A DNA stretch of 64,000 bases from Lama glama (lineage: Eukaryota): positions 99,698,001 through 99,762,000 of the forward strand of contig CM052816.1 of assembly GCA_028534125.1 (NCBI GenBank), given 5' to 3'. The notes beneath the pieces are model-generated. The model had not been told where the DNA came from. It did no database searches and worked only from the letters and a program-made list of their open reading frames with translations. A program made the position numbers and the translations under genes. Shown here piece after piece: positions 1 through 12,941 of the stretch. Within the stretch, counting starts at the first letter, position 1; every line of letters starts with the position of its first letter.

Positions 1-1863
1 TTGATGCAGTTCTTGGCACAGCACTGCAATCCCTTCCAGGGATAAGGACACAGCACTGGGAGGCTCACCAGCTGCTCATCCCAGGGGTCTCAGCAGGGAA
101 GCAGAGCTTCCACCCTCAGCTCTCCCCGGTACAGTTAGGACCCTTCAACACCTCCAGCACATACACTTGTGGAAATCTGCAGTCAGTGAGATTCCACTTA
201 GCAAGAAAAGTTCAAAATGTTTAACATTTTGTATCTTATTATTGATCTAAAATCTATTTTACCTTATTGCTGCTTGTCTTTTACGAAAGAATTTGGCATG
301 CTTCATATAATCTATTGACATTTGTCTATTTGCATATATGTTTTTTTTTCTTCTCCTGGCTCTAATGATTTTCCTCTCAGTTTGCAAATCTGCTCAGTGT
401 TACTGTTGTTATTGTTGCTCTCCATCAAGGTAATACCTTTTTAAAGTTTTCAAGAGATAGCTTTTTCCAGCTTCCCTAGGTCTGTTTGGGAAAAGCCAAA
501 TGCACCGTATCTCATACTTTACAAAGAACTAATGATTTCCACTTGAACATGTAAACTCTTCTTTACATAGGGCCAATCTGTAGATTAGTTCAAGAACAGT
601 GCGATTAATGAGGTAAAGGAGAATCAGTCCTTCCAACTCAATTGTAATGTTTAATACATATTATATTGGATCATATTAAATAAATCATTGTGATTTCATC
701 TATGAGTAACACTTTCCTTGAAAGTAGGTTCTATGCTTTTAAGACAACTAGATTGCTCCTGGATAAGTTCATCATGATCAGATCTGGTCCCTAAAACTTC
801 AAAATATATACTTTTATCTCTCTCTTACAACTTTCCCTACAGACTTTAAAAAGTTGTAAAAAGTTGTTTAGCCCTCCGTAGTTGGCTCCTTTCACCTTGG
901 AAACACAACAGAGTAAAACTGATTCTCAAGAAGCAAACAGTGGCCCCAACTCAAGCTTATCCTCTTCACCTGCACAGATCTGTCCTTGCTACAAGCTTCC
1001 CACAGCCAGGGGATTCTCATGATTCCCTGCCGTGACTCTTATCCTGGCCTTTCCCAGAAGCGGAGTCTTCTCTTGGCTTCCTGATAGAACCCCCTTTCAT
1101 GCCAACACTGCCTCCAGGACCTGTGCCCTGGCATCATCTCTTTCTATCCATCTTTCTCTTTTACAGACTCCTGGCATAGCCATTTTTGAGAGGGAGCTCA
1201 GCATCCTAGCTCTTTCAGGTTCTCTGCCAGGATGTTTCACTTCTTCTTTCTTCCATCTGGCTTGAGTGTTCAGTGCGTGGTTTCTTTCTCAGAGCCTGGT
1301 TGACCTTGCCCTTGCCGAAGCTTACATTTGCCCAACATTTTTTAAAGTTGCCTGTTGTACTTGGATCTGTCTGGTTGCCTCTCTTGACAGCCAAATGACC
1401 AGAGAACAAGTGTTCCCCTGCTGATGCTTCTCCACCCTCCCCAAGCCTATGAAAGATTGGCTCAAAGCGCCAGTACCTGTGAGGCTCATGGCAGGTGGGA
1501 GGTGTGGTATCTTGGTTCTCCATGACACTGAACGTGGGTCTCTGGACTTCAAGTGCAGATGGCATCCAACAGCTACCCCATCTCACCCTGAAGAGGAATT
1601 TATTTTATGGAACACGATTCCACCATTGTTGGACTAAACACAATAAGAATCAGACATCAGGGAATTCTTACCACCTCCGCAGGTGAAAGAAATTCTTCTC
1701 CTTCAAAATGCAAAACAGGTCAACCCCTTGAGAAGCAGAGAGAGGCTGAGCTCACAGATGGGTCCTGTGTCTGTGGAGGGGATGGTTCAGACTCTCAGAA
1801 GCAATGAGGTTGCTCTGTGCCTCAAAGGACCCCACCTTTGTCTGCCCCAGAAAAACCTGTGTG

Positions 1864-1865
<2 letters not shown>

Positions 1866-1894
<29 letters not shown>
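1866..1894. repeat. (CA)n microsatellite
   Basis: About 14 uninterrupted AC units read directly. Confidence 0.95.
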
Positions 1895-3334
1895 TCCTGA
1901 AGAGGCAAAGAACTTTGGTTCCCCACTCTCCACTTCTTTTGATAGTCAGTCTTCCAGGAATGATTTCTAACCTGAAATTCATCAGTCCATCTGATTTCCC
2001 CACCCCTGAAGTTCCAGAAGGGCTACCTCTTTCACTAGCAGATTTATAGTGGGTAGACCAGGCCAAAAAGAGAAAACTACAGCATCGTGATTGGAAGGCT
2101 GTCTGGTGTTCTTTAAAAACAGTGGTGTGCTGGGACGAAGAGCGAGAGGTTGGGGTTTAAGTTCCCCCGTGGGTCTGGAATCAAGCCTGCTCTGGTCAGA
2201 TTGGGACCGGCTCACAGATCCAGGGGCTGGTAATCTGATCATCGTCTTTCTCGTTTTCATGCTGTTTTCTTCAGAGCCCCTTCTCCCGGTTCCAGCCTGT
2301 GCCAGTGCGATAAGACACAAGAAATTTAGTCATCATGGCTGCAGTAAAGGAGCTCAGCAAAGGGATTATGATATCCCATCACCCTTCCATTAGCCACGGC
2401 CGGGGTGGCTGTGCTGTGATTACAGAACTCAACGGCACTATGGCTCTCTCCTCCTTTGCCTGCTGGCAGATAAATATTTTTTTTTGCCTGTTTTATTTAT
2501 ACATTCACTTCCTAAAAAGAAAGCTTTGAAAGATTAACCCAGAAATGGTCATCATCACAATCAGCCCCCCACATCTCGGCGTGCGGCTCTCCAAAGTTGT
2601 GCACCCAGACGTGGCTCCACTTCTCCCCAGCACAGCCCAGATGACTGCCAAGGGTGCTATCGGGGCGCTCATCTCCGTGCTGTCTTTATTAGGAAGTGCA
2701 GATGCTGTAAGCTGAGCAAATCAACACGGAACACAGGCAGGGTGCTGCGGGGAGCAGCGTTTAGGACGACTAGAGCGAGTGGCAGAGGCAGTGCGCAGAG
2801 GCAGTGCAGACAGTGTTGTTTCCCGTCGCTTGTGGACACGCGAGTTTTCCTGCCAGGAGGCCACTTCCAATGATGGACGATGCCCCGCGCTTGGGGCAGG
2901 GCAGGAGGGCGAGCCAGACCAAGCGCGGCATGCCTCCGACGAGACCGCTCTTAGGACGACTTCACTCTGCGAATCTTCCATTGAAGTCTTTCATTCCTGG
3001 AGCTCCCATTTTTAATTCTAGCAGGGAAAAGCAAATAGAACAAAGAAGAAATAGTATTAACTAGCATTTTAAAGAAAATATATTAAATTTTAATCTTGGT
3101 GCCGGGACAATTTAGAAATTGCTGGAAAAGACTAGCATTTTCTCTATAGAGAGGAATTGGGATGTGAATGGCACACAACATACAGAGAGAGTAGAAGACA
3201 AAATATAAAAAGCCATTGCATGTTGCTGAATTTTTAAGTAGTTGCAAATAGAGCCACAAATCTAAAATAAATAAGTAAACCATGGTCTGAAAAATCAATT
3301 TTAAACCAATAGAAAGCAGCGTTGACTGAAAATC

Positions 3335-3520
3335 TCAAGTCAGAGCCCTGCCAAGATGAGCCTAGATGCCCACCTGCCGCTTAACAATGTGTGACTTTGG
3401 GTGTAGCGTCTCACCCATAAGCAAGGAGAATTATGTCTTCCTCAGAAGGTTTGGCGAGGACTTTTTTGAGTGCTGTAACACAGGTTAGGCACTGGGGATG
3501 TCGTAGGTGCTCACAAATGC
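3335..3520 (+). mobile_element. MIR SINE fragment
   Basis: 'tgtgtgactttggg...cctcagaaggtttggcgagga...taggtgctcacaaatg' resembles the recalled MIR core and 3' end; highly diverged. Confidence 0.55.
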
Positions 3521-6500
3521 CACGGTTACCAAAATGCCATCGCTGTTGCCCAGGATCCAGGAGAAAACTGGAGCTCTGGCCCATATCCTGGGGACTGGTG
3601 GGGGAAGCACAGAGTGGGTCTCTGGATCCACTGGACCAACTCTGACGTGGGTTTGTGCAGGGCTGTTGTTGGCCTCTGCTCCAAGCCCGCTAGCTTGCAC
3701 TCTCTCTTCTCTCTTCCTCTTTATGTACAAACCAGACAATACCCCAGTTGGTGGCCCATATTTCTCAGCCCTGGGAATGCAGTGGTCCATTAGCACCTTC
3801 CCTGACCCTTCTGGGTTAAGGCGCCCTGCTTGCCCCCTTGTCTACTGCAGAATTCCGTTCACCTTGTCACTGATGGTTAAGCTCTGCTGTGGGGAGTCTG
3901 TCCTTCCCACTGCTACTTGGAATTCCCATTTCGTGTTGCATCTCCTCTGGGCCGCCCAGACCTGTGGGTGAGACTCGCCGCTGAGCCTCTCAGCAACACT
4001 CGTTAGGTACGGAGCGTGCTCTGTGGGCTTTGAGGCATCTGACCAGGGCTTCTGTGTTTGCGCTCATACAACAAATCCATCTCCCAGGGCCACCTCCCTG
4101 AGCCTCTGTCCCTTGCCTCAATACTCAACTTCTCTCCATCTATTCCAGCTCATCTGGACGTCCAAGCTTTAAGAAGACAGGTGACACAGATGTTAAGATT
4201 CTTCTTGGTGTCTTAGTCCAGATTTTAAACCTCAGGTAACCCTGACTGCTCCTGTATCAGTCAGCTCTCTCCTGTCCAGATCTGCGTTCCATCCTCCCTA
4301 GTCTGACCTTCAAGGTCCGTTCCGGCAAGTTCTCCGTATCTGGCTCAACTGTGTTGGAAGAAATCCTGAGTCCCTTTGATCAGTAACCTCTTTCCTCCCA
4401 GAGCAAGAAACATAACTCCCTCACACCTGTGCCGTGACACGAGTGTCATGACTGGCCCGGGAGACACGAGAGGAAGTGCCAATGCTCAGGCCCCGGGGGA
4501 AACGACTTCCGAGGCTGAGACAGGAATTCGGACTCTTTCCTGGGGAGGGTCCTCAGGACCAGCACGTGTGCGGGGAGCGGGCAGCAGAACTGAGCAGAGG
4601 GCAGTTGCGCCGCAGAAGTCATTCGGCCGAGGGCTCGGCTGATGCTGGGGGAGGAACTCTGATGCTGAGATGCTGCTTCAGAGCTGTGCCGCCGGCAGCA
4701 GGCTAGGGCTTTGGACTCCCTCATGGACCTGTCATCCCACGCTGCCCCAGGGAGGGGTGGGAACTTCGTGCTGGGCACCCGCTCTTGGCTGAGCACAGTT
4801 CCGGGAGGGGCAGTCTGCTGAGTCATCAAAAAGCACTGGCGCCGACTGAGCTGGGGGATGGAGGCTTTGGTCCTGCGGAGGCTTCGGGTCCAGCATTAAA
4901 ACCCACTATGTGGAGTCAACTGCAGTCCACGCTTTGTCCCACATGAGTTCTCTTGTCTTTAGAGTGAGTTCACCCCATTGCAAATGGTGGCTCCCAGGTT
5001 CTATTGGCTGTGCATTCTGGGGAAGCTTACGAGACGGTCAGTGGGGAGGACCACAGGCTCAAAGCTGTGGGCGGCCCCCATCACATCCCCCCGCATTATC
5101 CATTCTAGATTCCCCTCCCCGTCAGCACCACCTCTGCTAGCCGCGTGCCCTTCCTAGGCCGTGGTCGAGGTGCTCACTCACTTAGCGACAAGAGTGATCA
5201 GGAGAGTAGCAGCGGACGTGCCTGGGGTCACCCTCATGCCGGACCTGTTTCCAGCATCTGTGGTGTGAGGGCAGCTCTTCTGCTTGGTGGGATGGTGAGC
5301 CTTCCTTGCCTTCTGGGCCATCAGCATGAGGAATCTGAAAGGATGGAGGAGAAGCCAGGGCATAGGATTGAATGGAACAGACTCTGTGTGCCCTGGAAGG
5401 AAGCATTCACCTTTGGGAACCGTGAGCTCATGACCCACAGAACCTCAAGGCACAGACGGCCGGAGGAGAAGCACACTCACCCGTGTGTCCTGAGAGGGGC
5501 GGTAAGTGGGGCACTTCTGATTTCCAGCCTTGGATCCCCACATACCCAACCCTTTGTCTTCGTCCCGGAGGCTCGGCCTTTGCTTCAGTCAGTGGATTGG
5601 GCCTGTGAATTGTCTCAGCCTGAAAACTGGGCGAGAAGGTCATGGTGATATTTTGTGGTTGTTGACCAGCTCCCTGAGCCTCCATTTCTCACTTTTTAGG
5701 TTGGAAGTTGAGCACAGTCCTTGTCGACCGCCATCTTGCTCCTGGGACCAGCCTGTTCCACTCACCCTCTCCATCGCTCCCTCGAGTCGAGCTCCCCAGA
5801 TGCAGGTCTGAGATGGGTCACTCATGACAAACCAATGGCTCTCCCATCACAAAGGCCGGGAGCCACATCCAGCCTGTGTGCTTGTGAGGGACCCGTGTTG
5901 GGGTTTGCTCAACTACAGCGCCTTGATTAGTGTATTTAATGGGGGCCATGCAGCCTCATGCTGGGCTCTTCGAGTTACACCCGGTCCTGGAGGCAGTAGT
6001 GGGCACCAGAAGTGCATGTGGGTGGATCACAGGCCTGCGTGTAATGGGACAAACCACGAGCATTTGTTCAGATCCAGGGAGAGTGTGAGAAGGGGAAGGA
6101 GGGGCCCGGGGTCGGCGGGTGAAGACACTCACGGTGGACAGGAGACAGGGAGTCCACAGGGACCAGAGAGAGTCTGCAGAGGACGGTGAGGGGAGGGAGG
6201 CCACGTGAGGCCATGGGGGTTAATATTTCACAAAGGGGAGGATGAGAAAAGGTGTGGAATAGGGGTGAGGGAATTTAGTAAGAAAGGACTAAAATGTAAC
6301 CCTTAACTTTGAGGAAGAGAAGGCGCCACCCTCGGCTGGAGCCATTCCAGTTGAGTGGGGGGCTCGGGGCGCCCAGGAGTGAAGACGGCTTGAAGGACAA
6401 GGGGAGGCTCACAGAGGAAGGGGTGAGCAGCCAGCTCAGCCAGGGGGATCTGAGGCCAGGGGCACGTTTCTGGAACGGAGGACATTTGAATGGCTCTGAG

Positions 6501-7880
6501 GCTGGGAGAAAGAAGCCGGTTCCATGTGTGTGTGTGTGTAAAATCCAGTCTCATAGGTAATCATGAATTTTTTACAATCTTATGTTCTCTAAATTGACCA
6601 TGCTTTTCTGCCCAGAACATTTTAATTTCAACAAAACTTCTGACATAACTAAGACATTTTCCTTTGCAGAGTTACCCCTTTTATAAACACTGGCAGCACT
6701 TTTTTTTTTTCCTTAAGGCAAAAACTCAAATGACAAAGCAAACCACAAGCCTTCCAAGCTCAGTGAACCACTAAATTTATCAATGTTCTCTTGGTTTATG
6801 TGAAGTAGGAAGCTGAACCTTAATTGGTGTGTTTTGTTTATTTTTCTTGGTTTATTTGCCTCCATCTAAGAGAAATTTATCACAGAACAAATAATTATAT
6901 CTCCAAAGCTTTGTGCCGTTGACTTTATTTCTTGGTGAAAACCCCAGGGGCTGATCTAATTGAGAATCTGCTCTGCTTAGGGTCTAGGTTAAAGGTCACT
7001 TCCTGTTTTTGTGGGGGGTTTTTTGTTTGTTTTTCAAGCTGTCACGGTGGGGATGTTAAGAAAATCTTTGAAGCAGGCCATGAAAGAACACTGTTTTTCT
7101 TCTATTGATTGTCAGAAAGGAGGGGAAGGTATTATGGCACTGTTGGTGGGCTCTAGTCATGGCCACTCTAGTAAGAAAAAGTAAGAATGGATTCCAACAG
7201 ATTCAGGCACAGCTCTGTTAGCATATTGTAGGCAGTGCCTAGACTAAATGTTTTACCAATTATAATCCACCATAAAAATATCTCTGTTACCCAGAGATAC
7301 TGACTGTGGGCAGGTACATTTTAATTTCATGTTATGCAGATACACATGAACCCTGGACTCTTGAGGTTTTCCTTAAAATCTCAGCATTGAGCACTCTTGT
7401 GATGAACTCTTCTTCATCCCAGTGTTACGGTTTTGAGAAAACAGCTTTCTGTTTCTGGAGGAGTAAGACGTTTAGTCTTAGCCTAGTGAAATATTGATAA
7501 GATTCTGATTCGCAATGATTTTCTGTCTTTGCTGATTTTCTCAGTCTGTAGTCAGTTCCCATTTCCCTGTGATTCGCACACATCCCAAGTCAGAGGAAAT
7601 TAGGCCAGAGCTGTTTCACCGGTGCTCACGGTGACAGCAGTGTCCCCAGATATCGGAATTTGCCATTACATCGCTTCTTTATATGGTCCACAATAAATAT
7701 TTCATTTTGCCCTAAACGAGGCAGCTACTCAGTTCACAATGATGATGTGTGTATGGTGAGACTGTCTGCAGTTCTTTCAGAATTACTAACTTTTAAACTG
7801 TCTGTAAAATATGAATTTGGGTTATTTTGGAAGATCAATTAGAAAAAAAGATGTATCTGTGCTTAACCTCATGAGTTAAA

Positions 7881-7962
7881 TATTAATTAAGCCATGTGAA
7901 ATTACCGACATTTGAGCATTTCTGACATACAAAATGGCAATTTCTTATCGTTCCACCTAAAA
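7881..7962. mobile_element. MADE2-like mariner-derived MITE (~80 bp, palindromic)
   Basis: 'tattaattaagccatgtgaaattaccgacatttgagcatttctgacatacaaaatggcaatttcttatcgttccacctaa' follows the recalled MADE2 consensus (TTAGGTTGAACCATATGAAATTGCC...GGCAATTTCATATGGTTCAACCTAA), with imperfect terminal inverted repeats. Confidence 0.8.
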
Positions 7963-8419
7963 TTTCCTGTGATGCATGTGAGCATAAAAGCGATCACAGA
8001 GAATTTGTAATAGAGCTTATAGTTTTAACGGAGTGATTAATGACTTATTGGAAGCACTTTAATTGAGATCTTTTGCTTTAATGAAATTTTATGCATTTGA
8101 TGTTAAAACTGTACTTTTTAATAAAAGCAGACTATAGGAGTCAAGTGACCAGAGGAAAGACTTTTCCACCCCCAAGGACTGCGGAATTATATGACTTAAA
8201 GACTAAAGCATTATAGGATTTCCAATTTCAAAATAGGCTGAAATTCTTACTGAAATAAGGTTTTGCATTAAATCAAATATGTTCACCTATATGCTGCTTT
8301 GGGTTTTTTAATGACTAGTTTGGGAAACGTCATAAAAATAGTAATACACATACTTACACTTCTAATAAGTGCAGACAACAGTTTTTAAGCGCAGAGTTGG
8401 ATGCGTGCCACCGTGACAG

Positions 8420-8560
8420 ACATTCATGTATTATGCAGCACAGTCAATGCAACAAATAGTAGTAATATCACCACTTTACAGCTGAAAAAAACGTGGCATA
8501 TCAAAGTTAAGAAACGTGCCAAAATCACACAGCTGTTTAGTGCGAACTGAACACACAGCA
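8420..8560 (-). mobile_element. MIR SINE fragment
   Basis: 'atatcaccactttacagctgaaaaaac...aagttaagaaacgtgccaaaatcacacagct' is the reverse-strand MIR core. Confidence 0.65.
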
Positions 8561-8574
8561 AACTTTGGGATTAA

Positions 8575-8578
<4 letters not shown>

Positions 8579-8605
<27 letters not shown>
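8579..8605. repeat. (TG)n microsatellite
   Basis: About 13 TG units read directly. Confidence 0.95.
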
Positions 8606-8819
8606 ATTTAACTGTAAGCATTTCAAAATAATACTTATTTTGCTATAGTATGTGCAGAATGTTCTAACTTGCATCACATTTGTGAGTTCCCAAGTTTACT
8701 GCAACACAGACAAACATCAAGAGACTAAAGAAAAAATCACTGAGAGATGGAGGAGAAAGGGGGCCCCGGAGGGAGGAGAGCTCCCGCCTCTGACCCTGCA
8801 CGTGAGAGGAGACAGGAGG

Positions 8820-9850
8820 AGGCCGACTCCAGGGCGGGCGTCCGTGCCCTTCACCCCGTGTCCCCGGTCCTGGGTTGGGATCGGACCATCGCCAGCCCGA
8901 TTCAAACCCCAGGGCCGACGCTCGCTGGCCGGGAGGCAGGGCATCACGCGTGCCTCACGGAAGTGTAATGATGCTTTTAGGAGATCGCCCTGGATTTCTC
9001 TGCGAGACAGTCGGCTCCTGGTTCAGCGGAGAGAAGGCGAGAACAGGAACTGATGTGAGAAGAAAGAACCCAGCGGGGCGAGGGCTACCGGCTCCCCGGG
9101 AAGGACCAGTGACGGGCAACGACCCCAGCGGGCGAGCACAGCCCCGCGCCCCCGCGGCGCCTGCCCACCGGGGGAGACACGCACCCGGGTTTCTAACAAG
9201 CCCTCGTCAGTCCTCCTCTGCCTCTCTGACAATGTGGCCGTGGTCTTAAGCCAAGGCCGTTAATCACTGCATTGCCCTGTTGCTCCGACGCTGGGGTAGC
9301 GTCACAGGGACCCCGGGCTCTGCCGGACGTCAGGCGCCCGCCGGGGCCCGCGTGACAGGCGGGCTGATAGGCGTGGTCACCCGCTTCCACTGCGTGGTTG
9401 GCGCCGCGGGAACCAGCCGCGCCCCGGGGCCAACGTCGGGCACCCTCGAGGCCAGCCTGAGCTTGGGGTCCGCCTGTTTCCCTCCCGCTTCCCGGCACTC
9501 TTGCTGTGGTCACCAGGATGCGTGCGTTTCCCACGAGGAGAGCCCGCTCCCGGGGCCGCCACCTCCCGTTTCCTCCCTCTCCCCCCTTGTTCCACGTCTC
9601 TTCCCGCGGGGTCCCAGCGCGGGTCGCGTGGCAGCCCCTCCCCGGGGTGGGGCGGGGGAGCCTCCGCCCTCGGGCCCCCCCAGGGCCGGGCGCGGGCCGG
9701 GGCGCGCGTCCGCCAGGGAAGCGCGCGGAGCTCCGCGGCGGAAAGCGCGCCGCCCTGGCCGCGCTGCCCGCTGCCCGGGGGCGCAAGGGCGAGCGCCCCG
9801 GGACGTCCGCGCGCCGCGCAGAGGCACTCTCTGGGGGCCGAGCGCCTCTC
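8820..9850. promoter_or_regulatory. CpG island (promoter-like or orphan CGI)
   Basis: Very GC-rich with dense CpG, especially 9280-9850; GC box GGGGCGGGG at 9649-9657; 14-bp palindrome CGCGGAGCTCCGCG at 9724-9737; abrupt switch to T-rich DNA after ~9870. Confidence 0.85.
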
Positions 9851-11709
9851 TACAGAAGAACAGCTCGGTTTTTCTAAATACTCAGGAATTCCTAACTTAC
9901 CACCCTGCCCAATTTAACTTAATTATCCTTTTTGTGCTTTCCAGAGTTCAGTCATTAGGTAGTTCCGTTTTGTTTCATGGGCTTTCTTTTCTAATTTCTC
10001 TAACTTTTCTATCACTATTTATTGTATATTTTATGTGCACTGTATATATTTATTTTCTTATTTTATTTTATTTAGAGTGTGTTATTTTAATAATGGTCGC
10101 ATGTTACACTGTGACACCTTAAATTTCCAGAACGCCCCATCCCTGCCTGGACCACAGACCCTTGAAGACGGATTATTCTGCTTGGCTTGAGTCTCTGCCC
10201 CTGGATGTTTTGTAGGTAAGTTGACTTGAATTTCAACTGCAGTAAAATCTAATATTATAACATTTTTGCCAAAGTGACGGACCAAGCTATCAATCACGTG
10301 CTGATCCAATAGAGAGGCAATCAGATTTCAAAGATTACACTTCTGGTTATTGTGATCTGTTTAACAGCCCGGAAGAGATAAAGGACAGTGACCAATGGTT
10401 TCCTTGTTTTGTTTTGTTGGTATAAAAGCAGACGCAGTACTGACTGCACATCACCCGCACAGAACATGCTCCGAGTCTGCAGCCATCAGTACAGGGAGCA
10501 GCATCCAGTTTTTCATGCGCGGTCCGTGCGTCTCCAGAGTGGCTGCCGGCTGCCTGGTGCTCACCTGCTTTGCTTCCAGGACCACGTGCCCATGCCCATC
10601 AAGATGCAGGTCCGCGCTCTAAAATGAAACTATAAATTTCAATTTGGAGAAAATAAGCCCTCATTTGGGTTCATAAGTTTTAAATAACACATTACCATCG
10701 GCTACATCAAGTCTGCATTTCTAATGTTATTTTATGCATTTGAGCGTAGGTACTCCACTCGGCTCGGGAATGAGAGCAAGTGCCTGAGCAGTGGAAGACG
10801 GCTCAATGTGCGGGAACGCGGGAGGGCTGCCAGTCACGCTGCCAAGAGACCGAAATCACCTCCCAAGATGCTTGAGACATCTGTGTACGCTCCACTGTCT
10901 GCAAGCTCTGGCGTGTTAGAATCCTACCATCAAAACCTCTTCAAAATAGTGTGGCCACATTTTAAGGGCCCGAGAAACAAAGCAGAGCCCCAGTTTATAA
11001 ATATGTCATGAGAATATTTCGGCAGCCAGCTCAAAGCCAAGGGAGAGCTACTGAGAGCAGTGCCGGATGCCCAGAGGGGAGCCCACACTGGGGTGTCCCC
11101 CAAGGTTCCGGCAGCATCCACGCCTCCCACCCTGGTCCTTTCCACAAAGCTGTCTTTTGCCTTCTTACCTGGATTGATCGTGGGTTTGCTTCCAACAATT
11201 TTCTGAACCTTTACTATACTGTAAAATGCAGAAATTTTAATAAAAGGGGATCATATACAATCTTGAAGAAGCTCCCATTCAGACCTAGGTCATGGCACAT
11301 ACTCTAAGGTGATGTTTCTCTTCCTTACACAATAGCCACCCTAAAAAGCAGAGAAATTAGAATATACTTTAAAAGCAAATCAGCAGACATGCATGTACAT
11401 ATCATGTATGGTTCACGATTGAGTGATCTTGGGTGGAAGAGCTCTGTGTCTTATCTGACATGTTTTTCCACATTGTGAACACTTGCGATTGAAGTCATCG
11501 TTGTCAACCATCACTTGATGGGTTAAACATGGTGCTACGTCATAACTACATCCATGTCACTTTCGAAAGGGAGACAGGCACGCTTTTGAGGCAAAGTGTA
11601 AGACGTACCTTCCAAATCTGAGAACACTCTTTTCAGAAGCAGCAGCCAGAGGCATTTACTTGATTCATCAGTAAGTGAAATTTCAGCAAAATGGAGCATT
11701 GCAATCAGA

Positions 11710-12130
11710 CCAGTGACTTCCAGGCAGCCCCTTCTCACCTGCCTGTGCTTCACCGTGGCCATGTGGCTTGGCTGTTCTCACTAAACAGTGGCCCTCGATG
11801 TCCCCTTCCTTTGAACCTGTCTTGGCCAGGAGAACGTGGGGTAGTGATGAACTGGCGGTCCTAAGCCTCCAGCAGCTGTGCAGCCCTCTCTCTCTCCTGG
11901 CGCCCAACAGCACTGACCTTAGAGGGAGCCCAGACCGACCTACAGAGAGAAACCGTCATCCCAGCCCGAGGACTCGGGACCCGCTGGACTGGCCGCCCCC
12001 CACCACCCTGGTTGACCACGGAGGTGCGAGTCAGCCCTGCTGGCCGGTAGGTGTCCAAAGAATGATAAGCACTTACTGTCTAACGTCCCTGAGCTTGGGG
12101 ATGTTTGTTACACCAGAACTAACTGCTGCA
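11710..12130 (+). mobile_element. MaLR LTR, old MLT1 (F/G/H-like)
   Basis: 'tccccttcctttgaacctg...cttggccaggagaacgtggg' and the typical MLT1 3' end 'gagcttggggatgtttgttacaccagaactaactg'. Confidence 0.55.
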
Positions 12131-12229
12131 TTGGCACCAGGGTGCCGTGATAGCTATCACTTACTAAAATCGTATAATGGGATGCATTTATGGTTTCAAT
12201 TAATTCTTATGGAAATCCTTTAAGGAAGA

Positions 12230-12330
12230 TAATAACGTCCTCATTTTACAAATGAAGAGACTGAGGTTAAAAATTCCTTCAGTGTTTCCGAACTGATGTC
12301 TGTATTATTCCGAAGCTTTAGCAATCCAGC
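12230..12330 (-). mobile_element. MIR fragment
   Basis: 'cctcattttacaaatgaagagactgaggtt' is the MIR core motif. Confidence 0.6.
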
Positions 12331-12941
12331 TTCCCATTCATACCATGTAGCTCTGAGCCTCTGAAAACTGGGATTTGTCTCGTTACTTTACCCCCAAAGT
12401 CTCATGATGACACGTCCCACCTGTGAGAGCATCAGGCTGTCCTGGATCTCGCACTGCCCGCAGCCAGCTCCAGGGCAGGACTGCTTCCCCATGTAGCTCC
12501 CAGGTGACCCGCCTCCCTGCTCCCCTCCCAGTTGGAGCAGGTAGGTCTGACATCAAGAGCAGCTGAGAAGCTCACCTGTCTGGTCTCTCACCCGTCAGGG
12601 TGTGATGTGATTTGTCACAATGAGTCCTAAGTTCCCAGCACAGCATGAAACCTCAACCTCCTCCTCCCCTCTGTGAGTGGCCGTCACACACAAGTCCGTC
12701 ATTTGTACGTGAGGACAGTGGGACTAGCAGTGACGTCCCTGCGTGATTTTCCATCATTACTCAGTCACTGCTCCAGGACAAGAACCCACAGCTGTAGGTC
12801 CCAGCCACACCTTTCTCCATCACAACAGGGACTTTCTTGAAGGAAAATTTAGAGTAGGTGTATGGAGAGTATGTTCCTCAGAGAGCATAGGATCGGCCTC
12901 TGTCCTTGACTTCAGATCAGGGTGTTAGATGTAACTGCACG

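Noticed and set aside
825..868. 10-bp inverted repeat TTACAACTTT / AAAGTTGTAA with a short tandem copy
   Set aside because: Short and AT-rich; expected by chance; no element boundaries seen.
900..1990. Possible ERV internal or pseudogene remnant
   Set aside because: No gag/pol or cellular protein motif could be read in any frame; needs a Dfam or BLASTX search.
9193..10122. Overlapping 197-280 aa ORFs across the first CpG island
   Set aside because: Low-complexity Pro/Arg/Gly/Ala sequence open on both strands, running into a T-rich tract; no recognisable domain.
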